A stretch of DNA of 64,000 bases from Octopus sinensis (lineage: Eukaryota): contig NC_043009.1 in assembly GCF_006345805.1 (NCBI RefSeq), positions 66,464,001 to 66,528,000 on the forward strand, read 5' to 3'. The first letter of the stretch is position 1. Every line of letters begins with the position of its first letter. The notes beneath the pieces are model-generated. The model was given only the letters and a program-made list of their open reading frames with translations. It was not told where the DNA came from and did not search any database. Position numbers and translations under genes: made by a program. Below are positions 11,752 to 22,827 of this stretch, in pieces.

Positions 11752-13619
11752 TATATCTAGCTCTGTATTTTCTTACCTTCTCTTTAAACGAGAAGGTGTG
11801 ACTTAGCTTCTCTTTCTTGCGAATCGAACACGTGTGTAAATGTTCACTCGTTGCACCACACATATAAATTGTTTGGTGCCGAAAAAATAGATTTATCTTT
11901 GTGCGTGTGTGTTCGTGTGTGTGTGTGTGGAGCTATTTTTAATTCCTTGTAGTCACATGATTTGTAAATAAAAAGTAATTCTAAGAATTAGAAACTCAGT
12001 ATTCAGAAATTTTACACAGATTTTCGAACAGGATTGTCATTCTGCTGATTTGTTAATTATTTTTATTCTTGCATCCTCAGCTCTGTTAGAAAATTCTTGT
12101 TCCAGCGTTTAATGTTTATATGATAGAGCAAAGCAAATTATTGGCGAATAAATTTTAGGGGATGTAGTGTTTATTTTGTAAATAACATGTTGTTAACTAG
12201 TTGTTAAATATTTTAGAAACATTTCATGAGAGCTCAGAAGTTATTTTAAACAAAAATTTTGTTTGACTTCCAGTTGTTTTATAATTTGAGAAAATTTTCA
12301 ATTTTTCATTCGACATTTTCCACCTGGCTTGCTTTAATTTTATTCCCTCATATCTTTCTTTATCCGTTTTGATTCTCAATTATGCTTCATTTCATTTCAT
12401 TTTCTCGAGTGTTTTCTTTTTTTTTCCTAAGAAATCTTATTGCTATTTTTGCAGTTTGGGTTTTGTCTAGTAAAAAGTGTTTTATAGGTTTTCTTGTAGG
12501 AAATTCAACATCGAGGCTTTCACTATATATATATATATATTGTAACTTTAAAGTTGTGCGTGTCTAATTTAACACTAAAGTGAAATCCTTTTTTCTCCTT
12601 TATTTAACATCCTCCACTGTATTATCTTGTAACACTGAAATTTCAAACTCTGAAATCTATTAAATTAACACTTATGGATTTTCATTACGTTTGCTCCTTG
12701 CTTATTTCACAGCCTTTAGGAATGCGAAACGTAATTCTATAAACTTCAGAGCATCTAAATATAGCGAACGTAATACAATATATTTTAAAATGTTCTCTTT
12801 GATTGGTTATCGTCCTATCCAGTAAAATATTTTTTCTGAAATTCGAATAAAGACAACGATGCAGAAACCATTGCCTTGTCCTTATAAATATATTTTCTGG
12901 TAGAAACTATATTTTATTTCCGCCATACTTTGCCGGGATCGTAGACAAAGTCTATTTTTATATCAGATCACTGCAACGGGTCAGAATTTATACTTCAGTG
13001 GCCATTGTGTTTGACAATTGATTTATGATTACAATATTGATTTGATTTTACTCAGCACAAAACTCCATTATGATAGAAGAATGGACATTAGTCTATGAGA
13101 AAAGCCTCAGATTAGGCTATCAGTCTATCAGAATGGACATTAGTCTATGAGGAAAGCTTCTGATGACCGAGTCGAGAACTGATGTAGAATTATCAGCCGA
13201 AATGTTTGCTGGTTCATACCACGAGAGCGACATCATGTAATAATTTTGAAAGTTAAAGCTCGTTGACCTAGTTTATCTTGTAGTATGTAGGATCTGCAAA
13301 GGTTGGTGGGTCTTGTACAACCGTTTCAAGATGAACATTAGAAAAATATAAGCAATAATTAGCTTTATTAAATCGTCAGTTTCGATATTCTCGGAGCGGT
13401 TTTCCTTTAGAGAGAATCAATAAGTTTAGCTATGGACTTTTAACATGCTCTCAGAAGTATAGTAGATTCTTATCAATGTGTACCGTTCATGATAGTTAGA
13501 ACGGAGAAGAGAAGGAGGAGCAGAAAGAGAAGGAAGAAGAGAGACTAAGATAAAGGAGGAGGAAAACAACAACAGCAAATCTGACAAATTACTTCGTCGT
13601 TGTTTGTTTAAAGAGCTGT

Positions 13620-13643
13620 ATGATGATGATGATGATGATGATG

Positions 13644-13687
<44 letters not shown>
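13620..13687. repeat. Inverted microsatellite (GAT)8(CAT)14 containing a 50-bp perfect palindrome
   Basis: GAT run 13622-13645 abuts CAT run 13646-13687; perfect symmetry 13620-13669. Confidence 0.95.
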
Positions 13688-13688
<1 letters not shown>

Positions 13689-14399
13689 TTTACTAATTGC
13701 TTTCCTCGAATCGGAGGATGGTGAGAGTCGGTAGAACACCGGACAAAGGGTAGGATTTAATCACATCCCTTTAGATTCCCGGTTCAATTCTCAACAAAGC
13801 TCGATGTTTGCTTCCGTTCGTTCGCAACAGATAAAGCAAGTATCAGTCGTATTCGATCTCCTTTCTCTCGGACAAAATGCCTCGCAAGCAGCAACAACCT
13901 CAGCAGTAAAAACACACACAAAAAAACAGCCTCATCAGAAATAACAACATCAGCAACAGAACCAACAACAACATCGGCAGCAACAGCAGCGACGGCAGCG
14001 ACTGCAGCGACAACAGAAGCACCACAGCGACAAAATCAACGAAAGCAACAACAAAAACAGTAAAGGTGCAGCAGGAAGAATAAGAACAACGACAAAGTAA
14101 GTGGTAGGGGTCACTCAACAGGTATGACAATGGTGGCAGAGAAGCAGACACATTATACTCGGTCTCTGAACGGCAAGGGGGAACAACTGACACAAGTGAC
14201 ATTACTTGTGAAGTGAATGGGCGGTGAACCCCAGCCGAAGTGTTGGCGGCAACTACTCGTAGGCCGGTGCTGCATCATTGTACGAAGCTCTCTCACTGTA
14301 GTAATCCTTAGTTCCCATTCATGACAGAGAACTTAACCTTTACGCAGCATATTCAGAAAAAAAGGAAGTGTCGCATTAAGATTTTAAAAATTCCACCTT

Positions 14400-14620
14400 C
14401 GCTGGACATCTGATGGCTGTTGGCCTGTGTTGTCTTAGAGAGCAGTGACACAGTTTTCGGAATAAAACGAGCAGAAAAGGTGTCTCCCTTTTGGACTACA
14501 ATGGAGATGTTGAAAGGAATCCAGACCTTATCTGCCGAGACAATGAAGTAGAGTGAAAACTATGGGCAGAAATCCAAAATGACACTTGCCTGGTGCTGAA
14601 AGCCACTTGAGAGGCTTGTG
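14400..14620 (-). pseudogene. Possible very old RTE-type reverse transcriptase fragment
   Basis: Minus strand gives FNAFEN (cf. F.KAFD) and PFNISIVVQKGDTFSARF (cf. F.I..GV.QGD.LAP.LF); weak similarity. Confidence 0.3.
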
Positions 14621-15289
14621 TTCTCGAAAGCATTAAATAAAAACCAATTCAAGAGAAGAGGCTACCATTACTGTCGATACCACAGCCCCATCAACAACAG
14701 CAGCGTACAGCAGTGGCAGCAACAGAGTTGAGAATAAGACCAGCAGCAACGATGAAGAGAAGAACAACAACGGTGGCGGCAGTAGCAGCAGCCTCAGTAT
14801 CACCAACAGCTGCTTGTGACGGAAATAAAGGCCGCAGCACTAACACCAGCAGCAAGAGCAAAACCATCAGCAACGACACTAACTGCAAGAAAATCAAAAC
14901 TTACGATCCAAACGTTAGCAAGCTAACCTTCTCTTCCTTACTCTCCTTCTATCTTACCCTCCCTCTCTCCTCTTTCAAACACAAATGCACATATGGACAT
15001 CTTGCAAGATTTTCACGTCGAGAAAAAAAACAAGAAATGATGATAAAAAAAAGCACAATAACATTTAACAAAACTCTATACTCAACATTAGCAAAACCAG
15101 ATCTACACTTACACAGTCAAATCCATAACACGAAAACAGTTCAACTGGCCCGGGAGACAGAGGCGCAATGTGGCAACAAGACCACCATTAGTTTCTTTGA
15201 TGTATAGGGAACCTAGTGAGCTGGTCGATTTTAAGTAGAGGTGTGCGGTTTTTCTGTAACGATTTAGTCAACACTTGGAGTGGAGGTGA

Positions 15290-15950
15290 GAAACGGAGGA
15301 TGGGCATAGCTGGCCAACCCGTCGGCTGGCTGCGGTTCTGAGATAGAGAAACGGAGTTCTGCGAAGGCCAATGATAGCTGATGAAATGCGGGAAACGACG
15401 AGTCCTTATTCGACGGAGAAGTCACCGGTGCTCAATGGTCTGCCTTACAAGCTTTAGCCTCATATACCAGACGAGTTTGAGGGCTTCTTGGCAAATGGCG
15501 ACTGCAAATGAGAGCAACGAGAGAATTCTCATTCTTGCGAAAAGATGTGTGATGATGCTGTTGAGAAAGGGTTGATTTTAACAACTTGAAGCTCGTAGCT
15601 TTGTTTAATACAGAGCTGAAGATTTTGACGTTATTACCGAAGTTGGCACTAGTCAACGATACTCTGGCAGATTATGCACACACATGTACCATTCTCAGTA
15701 AATCTATGCATAACAAACTTCACCTTATACTACACACCAAAGAAAGGGTAGGTAAAGTACCTACTGTGAATGGGACCATGATCAATTTAGATCAGTCGAA
15801 AGCTTTCGATAGGGTCGATCATCAATTCTTGGCGACTGTTTGTCCTCAAGGCGACTCGTTTCGGGCCTGTTTTGAGTAACAGGATCATTAAAATGTACAG
15901 AGAAAGTTGCTCGATGGTTAGAGCAAAAGGCCACCAGTGTCAATCAGCTA
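15290..15950 (+). pseudogene. L1/Tx1-clade ORF2 reverse transcriptase fragment
   Basis: PMIADEMRET..EKSPVLNGLPYKL (cf. KSPG.DGLPYE), then ORF 15586..15879 LFNTELKIL..HTC..KSMHNKLHLI..NGTMINLDQSKAFDRVDHQFLA; frameshifts and stops present. Confidence 0.9.
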
Positions 15951-16410
15951 TGGGCTCTTGGTTTAAAACTTGGCATCTTGGTTTCTACTGCCAGAGCGAA
16001 GGTGTGCTATGTTCTTGAGCGAACCACTTCATTTCCTGTTGCTTCAGTCCACTCAGCTGAAAATGGGTCACCCTACCACGGACTGGTGTTCCGTTCAGCG
16101 GCCAGTATTAGCCGACCCGCTTAGCCTGCGGTGTAGCCTTATTCGAAAGCTACATCAGTCCGAGGAAGCGCATTATAACCAGCGGTATATACCAACATCC
16201 TATAGTCTGGTCAATACAATGATTATCCCTTTTCTTATAACAATAGGTTGTTTGAGGAATATTTGGTTGCTATTTCTAGTTGGTTGAGCGACTAGATTAC
16301 ATACACCATCAGTGGATCAGATGTGTCTTAGTTTTAGTTCGTTGGACTTTATTTTACTTTGCCTTTATTTTTTGTTGCAAATATGTTTTTTTACATTCAC
16401 ACACAGTAAC

Positions 16411-16622
16411 AATTATTTACATTTGACGGATATTCGGCCCATTCTTGTTTGTTGTTAACATAACGTTTCGTTTGATATACCCTCCAGCCTTTATCTGGTT
16501 TCTTGGGAAAATTTCGAACCTGGGTTCTCATTCCTAAGGTATTTTTCGATGTAATTATTATTATTATTATTATTTGTTAACAACAAACAAGATGAGGACA
16601 AATATCTGTCAAATGTAAATAA
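16411..16622. mobile_element. Penelope-like terminal repeat family P3 with 48-bp inverted ends and decayed hammerhead
   Basis: 16413-16460 and 16575-16622 are inverted; homologous to 28435-28641; core on - strand mutated to CAGATAA. Confidence 0.7.
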
Positions 16623-17324
16623 CATAAATAATTCAGCTCTTAAATATAGAACAGTAACACAGTAACAAGTTTGGCAAAGTGTGATGCAGCCGCACATAAC
16701 GATCAAAGCGATTAAGTTTCAATCGCAGAAAAAATTTTTTAAATTCTAAAAAAAAGTTAGCCTTCATAGATTTGAACTCCGTTCGCAATATCGTAGCTCA
16801 CTACCTCAAGGCATCCGATACTCTAACAACACAGCCAATCCCAGCCCCGCTCCATCGGAGTTGTAAAGTTGAATCATTTCTCCCTACGTTAACAACTTTG
16901 AAGTTTTAGAATTTGCCTTAGGGTTTACATGCCAACGTTATTATTTGGTTTTTAAAACAATATTTTAATGAATATTTCTGTATTAACTTTACTCTGAAAT
17001 TACAAATCTAGAAACAAAAATGTCTCGTCTCAATGTTTAAATATCTTTTATTGAGCTGTGTTTTATTCCCGGCTACTTTTGTTCCATTGTTTCCTGTCCA
17101 CTATCTGGTATTCTATTTTCTATTCCCTATTTATGAAGTAATAAACGTTTGTTGGAAAGCTTGTTTTCCACCCAATGGTTCTATTAGAATGGATGTCGTC
17201 ACTTTCTATTCTTTGATATCATTTCTGCACACACACACACACACACACAGTGTTTTATACTAGTCGGTGGTGATAGTCGTGACTGTGGCTTTTACTATTA
17301 CCATTATTATAATTGTATAATTAA

Positions 17325-18046
17325 GGCGGCGAGCTGGCAGAACCGTTAGCACGCCGGGCGAAATGCATAGCCGTATTTCGTCTGCCGTTACGTCCTGAGT
17401 TCAAATTCCGCCGAGGTCGACTTTGCCTTTCATCCTTCTGGGGTCGATTAAATAAGTACTAGTTACGCACGGAGAGGACAAACAAAGTCAGACAAACAGA
17501 TTAAGTCGATTATATCGACCCCAGTGCGTAACTGGTACTTATTTAATCAAGGATGAAAGGTAAAGTCGACCTCGGCGAAATTTGAACTCAGAACGTAGCG
17601 GTAGACGAACTACCGCTAGGCATTTTGCCCGGCGTGCTAACGTTTCTACCAGCTCGCCGCCTTCTGAAAAAAAATGAAAGGTAAAATCGTCCTCGGCGCA
17701 ATTTGAACTCAAACGAAATACCGATAAGTATCTTGCCCGGCGGGCTAACGTTTCTGCCAGCTCGCCGCCCGATTAAATAAGTACCAGTTACGCACTGGGG
17801 TTGATATAATCGACTTAATCCGTTTGTCTGTCCTTGTTTGTCCTCTCTGTGTTTAACCCCTTGTGGGTAGTAAAGAAATAGGTATTTCGTCCGTCCTTAC
17901 GTTCTGAATTTAAATTCCGCCGAGGTCGACTTTGCTTTCCATTATTTCGGGGCCGTTAAAATAAGTACCAGTCGGCCACTGGGGTCGATGTATTCGACTT
18001 ACCCCCTTCCCCGAAATTACTGGACTTATTCCAAAAGGTGGAAGCT
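17325..18046. mobile_element. Nested SINE family A cluster: + dimer interrupted by two - copies (17471-17661, 17672-17768)
   Basis: + copy stops at gattaaataagtactagttacgcac (17446-17470) and resumes with gattaaataagtaccagttacgcac (17771-17795); second + unit starts at 17881. Confidence 0.9.
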
Positions 18047-18065
18047 TTCTTATAGTTGTAATTAA

Positions 18066-18290
18066 CCCATAAAGTCCTACTGTCCTACAAATAGGACACT
18101 AAATGAGAACATTTGAATAAGCTATATCACATTGTCTCACTGTCCTATTTATAGGACACCGAGTATTTCTATTTCTACGTGAAGTAAAGGAGTTTTAATA
18201 ATTAATTATTTTTATTTTAACCTATTTTCAATCATCTGTAAAAATTTAAAATTAATATTCAGAAATTTAAGTACTCTGGGACTTAATGGG
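18066..18290. mobile_element. piggyBac-type MITE (225 bp)
   Basis: TTAA at 18062-18065 and 18291-18294; TIR cccataaagtcc vs reverse complement of right end cccattaagtcc; two internal tgtccta-N4-taggaca palindromes. Confidence 0.85.
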
Positions 18291-18614
18291 TTAACAATAC
18301 AAGTCTGGTTGCTGATGGTAGCAGTTTTTTCTTTTGGTGGCGGAGGGTGAATGAAACCAAAAAAAAAATTCCTAAATTGAGCACAAATCATTTCATGACT
18401 TTATTTGGAGAAAGAAATTAAACGGTTCAATATTTCCGGTGCTTAACAGTTACTTATTGCTCGACTTAAGAGACATGGAAAGCAAAATCTAGTCCTTTGA
18501 TATTTGAACTGAAGACATTAACGAACAGGAAAAAAAAATGTGACTCACCACCGAAACGCCTTTGAACACAACGAAAATAGCCGCTTCAGATTCTGACAAA
18601 TCAGCAACGATATT

Positions 18615-18795
18615 ATGGAAGAGGTTAATCGATTATATCGAGTCAAGCACTCGAGTGGTACTTTATTGCATCGATTCCGAAAGAATGAAAGAAAAAGTTG
18701 GGCTCGGTTGCATTTGAACTCAGAACATAAAGAGCCGGAAGAAACGCAGCTAAGCATTTTGTCCGACGTGCCAAAGGTTCTGGCATTTCGCCGCC
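18615..18795 (-). mobile_element. SINE family A, diverged
   Basis: ttaatcgattatatcga..ggtacttta..gaaagaatgaaag..tttgaactcagaac..ctaagcattttgtccgacgtgc. Confidence 0.75.
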
Positions 18796-18892
18796 TTTGC
18801 GCACAACTTAATGCTATGTAACAACTTGAGATTTCTAATGCGGTCAGTAAATATTTAGGGTCGGAGTGCGTGGCGTTTTGTATACGTTTACT

Positions 18893-19229
18893 TATACTTG
18901 TTTCAGTCATTTGACTGCGGTCATGCCGGAGCACCGCCTTTAGTCGAGCAAATCGACCCCTGGACTTATTCTTTGTAAGCCGAGTACTTATTCTATCGGT
19001 TCTCTTTTGCCGAATCGCTAAGTTACGGAGACGTAAGCACACCAGCATCGGTTGTCAAACGATGGGGGCTGGGAACAAACACAAACACCAGAACATATAC
19101 ACATATATATATATATACCACGGGTTTCTTTCAGTTTCTACCAAATCCACTCACAAGGCCTTGTTCCGCGCAGTGGGACTGAACCCGAGACCATGTAGTT
19201 GAGAAGCAAGTTTCTTACCACATGCGCCT
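18893..19229 (-). mobile_element. SINE family B
   Basis: Reverse complement of B tail, TA microsatellite, then head ending cttaccacatgcgcct. Confidence 0.9.
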
Positions 19230-19388
19230 ATGTATATAATGCTATTTTATGTATTAGTAGTGAGCAGGGGTCAACATTTCAGGACTACTGAGCTGAATCC
19301 ATCCCGAGGCTTCATTTCATCCGGGCTGCCATATTTATTGTACCGTTGCTTACAAAATCTGTTCTGTTTTGGTTGTATTTCTGGTTAG

Positions 19389-19778
19389 TGGAGGTGCAAT
19401 GGCCCAGTGGTTAGGGCAGCGGACTCGCGGTCATAGGATCGCGGTTTCGATTCCCAGACCGGGCGTTGTGAGTGTTTATTGAGCGAAAACACCTAAAGCT
19501 CCACGAGGCTCCGGCAGGGGATGGTGGTGATCCCTGCTGTACTCTTTGACCACAACTTTCTCTCACTCTTACTTCCTGTTTCTGTTGTACCTGTATTTCA
19601 AAGGGCCGGCCTTGTCACTCTCTGTGTCACGCTGAATATCCCCGAGAACTACGTTAAAGGTACACGTGTCTGTGGAGTGCTCAGCCACTTACACGTTAAT
19701 TTCACGAGCAGGCTGTTCCGTTGATCGGATCAACCGGAACCCTCATCGTCGTAACCGACGGAGTGCTTCAAAAAAAAA
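19389..19778 (+). mobile_element. SINE family C, full length, tRNA-Arg-like head (resembles octopus OR-type SINEs), poly(A) tail, 12-bp TSD
   Basis: A box tggcccagtgg 19400-19410, TCG in anticodon position, B box gtttcgattcc 19444-19454, A-tail 19770-19779, TSD atttctggttag 19377-19388 / 19779-19790. Confidence 0.9.
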
Positions 19779-20584
19779 ATTTTCTGGTTAGCAAAGAATG
19801 AAATTTTGGTATCGAAAAATACGTACAAGTTTACCATTTGTTGTGGCCTCAAATGTTATAATATTAATTTAAAGTAAAAATGAGATTATCCTCACTTAGT
19901 AGAGCATAAAATATTCTCCAGTTGCGAGGTTTTAAAGCTGTTAATATTTTCAGCTTCTTAAATGACAGAAACAACAGACTTTCGGCGTCGTTGCAATAGA
20001 GTTTGCACGAATAATGGATGGTAAGGAAGGAGGGTGTGGCATAGAATATTTACTTGACCATTGAAGACCTCCGAAGCCACAACGACGCCTTGTTAAACTG
20101 AATAAAGTGTTTCAACTCTTCAATGTATGCTGTGGTATGGTACCCGCTGGGGTTTATGGCTTTAAATGTGTAGCGATTCCTTCATTAAATTATATTACTT
20201 TTAAAATATTGAAGACAAAAGCTGTTTATATATATTAGTATGTGCGTGTGTGGAGGGGAGAGAAAGAGAGAGTGGGAGAGAGGGAAGGAAATGGTATATT
20301 TGCAAAGCTAAAAGAACGACAGAAAAATGCATTTTTCGATCCGGTTCGCCTCAGAGAGAATTTGCCAACATCCGGTGTTGTGTAGGAATATAAGTTAGGA
20401 GTGTCGTATTGAGTCAAAAGTTTTGCAATAGTTTCGTTTCTTTCATTTGTTTTATTCCTCTAGTTACGAGAAAAAGCAGACTAGCATCCAAAATAGAGGC
20501 CATCGAGTGGCCCCATCTTGAGATTTCTAATGCGGTCAGTAAATATTTAGGGTCGGAGTGCGTGGCGTTTTGTATACGTTTACC

Positions 20585-20837
20585 TATACTTGTTTCAGTC
20601 ATTTGACTGCGGCCATGCCGGAGCACCGCCTTTAGTCGAGCAAATCGAGCCCTAGACTTATTCTTTGTAAGCCTAGTACTTATTCTATCGGTCTCTTTTG
20701 TCGAATCGCTAAGTTACAGAGACGTAAGCACACCAGCATCGGTTGTCAAACGATTGGGGATGGGAACAAACACAGACACCAGAATATATACACATATATA
20801 TATACCACGGGTTTCTTTCAGTTTCTACCAAATCCAC
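20585..20837 (-). mobile_element. SINE family B 3' half, part of a local duplication of 18825-19150
   Basis: Shares private variants and about 65 bp of flank with the 18893 copy. Confidence 0.9.
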
Positions 20838-20940
20838 CTTTCTGCCAGTTCTTTGATCCCGTACTGATACCAGTTCTTGTACTTCAAGGTGAAGAACTCC
20901 TTCACTGAAGCTTCCATCTCCTTTTGGTTCCAGCTAATCT
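20834..20940 (-). pseudogene. Mariner transposase C-terminal fragment
   Basis: SWNQKEMEASVKEFFTLKYKNWYQYGIKELAERW (cf. mariner EFF..K...Y..GI..L.ERW). Confidence 0.8.
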
Positions 20941-21765
20941 GCTTTAGTTGTAACACAATATTTGGAGCAGTTTGTGTGGAGATTTAGCCGTGTGGTTACT
21001 TCGTTACCATGAACTCTTGTAGAAAATATTTGGAGTAGTTTCACGATTTCTTTACTTGATTTGGGTGTTCTTTTGAAACTTATTCTTAGTATTCCGTCCG
21101 TTTGGTACTTTAGTTCGTTTTTCGCTTGGTTACATCAGAAACAATAAAATACATTTAACTGAAACTGTGAGTAATAAAATCGTAGCGTAGATACTGTTGT
21201 TGTTGTAGTTGCTGTTACTTAGCTTCAGGTCAGCTCTCTTTCAACCAGACTTTGACTAATGTTATTCCAAGATGGTTTTGTACAAAGCTGTATGATTCAG
21301 TGGCCCGCTCCGCAAATACGTGATTTTGAGTTCGAGCCTACTGAATCAGCTCGTCTTAAAGCAAGGGCAGATTGGGCATCTACCCCGGGGCCCCATGCAT
21401 GCTGAGCCCTACAATGAACGCTACATTTGGCAATGTACAATCTACCAAATTCTTCGGGTCTACCAGAGCCATGTAAATACAATTTAATAGATCGAAACTG
21501 AAAACTCTTCACCACGAGAACCGGTTCCTTCTCATAAATAGTAGACTTAATGTGACCCCCTCGATTAAAGGCCATTACCTGGTCATTGGGTGTCTCTAAG
21601 TCCACTATGGGAAAAGAATTTGGTGCCATGGATCCGGTCTCAGAAGAGCTTCCTTCGTTCCTTTCAGCTGTATGTAAGCCTTGTAAACATTCGGGACCGT
21701 TTCTCCCCAGAAAAATCATTTACAAAATGAAATCCCATGTTTTACAGTCAATACGTTTGGGTAAA

Positions 21766-22089
21766 GGCGCATGGCTTAATGGTTAGTGTATTTGGCTCAC
21801 TGTCGTGAGGTCGTGAGTTCGATTCTTGGCGGCACGTTGAGTCCTTGGGCGACACACTTTATTTCATGTTGCTCCAGTTCACTCACATGGCAAAAATGAG
21901 TTCTACCTGCATTTGAAGGGGCCAGCCTTGTCACTTTCTGTGTCACGCTGAATTTCTCCGAAACAGATGTTAAGGACACGCGTGTCTGTGGGATCCTCAG
22001 CCACTTGCACGGTCATTTCACGAGCAGCAGGCAATTCCGTAGATGAGATCAACTGAAAACAGTCGTCGCCGTAACCGACTGAACGCCAG
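21766..22089 (+). mobile_element. SINE with family C 3' domain and a different head
   Basis: tggcttaatggtt, gagttcgattc, ccttgggc, then ccttgtcactttctgtgtcacgctgaa..cgtaaccgac shared with 19389-19778. Confidence 0.8.
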
Positions 22090-22174
22090 TTTACACAGGA
22101 CGGAGAGGGATTTGGCTGTTATTATTTGTATTACAAGCGCCTACTTAGAGGCTCTTTTCATTGGTTCATGTGGT

Positions 22175-22529
22175 GATGTCGTTGCAGTTGTTGTTGCTTT
22201 TGTTGTTGTTGTTGTTGTAACAGTTATTCATTGTTTCCGTTTCGGTTTATCGATGTGTAGTAATGGGGCTCCGTTTGCAGTTCGATCGACAATTTTCAAC
22301 CAAACAAAATCTTCATCACATTCAGCCATGCAGCCATTTTGTTTTTCTCCTTTTATAGACAGTCCAACCTGTATTTTTCTACCATTAAAGCATATTTCCT
22401 CAATTTCAAAAAAAAAAATTAAATGTTATTATTGCTGTTGTTATTGTTTTCGTTGTTGTTGTTTTCGTTGTTGTTGTTGCTTTATTGTCGTCGTCTTCAC
22501 CATTATAGTTATTGCTGCTGCTCCCACTA

Positions 22530-22594
<65 letters not shown>

Positions 22595-22791
22595 CTGTTA
22601 CTATTACTACTATGTTATTCTTCTTTTTTTTTACTAAATTTAAGCCAAAGTGGATGAAATTTCTTTTACATTATTAATGTTCTTTGTAAGTGTTGTTGTT
22701 GCTGTAGATGTCGCTGTTGCTGAAGTGGTTGTTTTTAGAACTGTTTGGCAGTTTGGGGATTTTAGAATCATATATATACATGCGCGTATAT

Positions 22792-22827
<36 letters not shown>

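Noticed and set aside
12900-13350. Possible old CR1/L2 RT fragment and 22-bp direct repeat (13078, 13130)
   Set aside because: Only a vague SADNST similarity; the repeat is real but unexplained and short.
15378-15404. CTGATGA..GAAAC..GTC hammerhead-like string
   Set aside because: No stem II pairing, and it lies inside LINE ORF2 coding sequence; chance.
19390-19465. tRNA-Arg gene
   Set aside because: No proper acceptor stem; continues into SINE body, poly(A) and TSD, so it is a SINE head.
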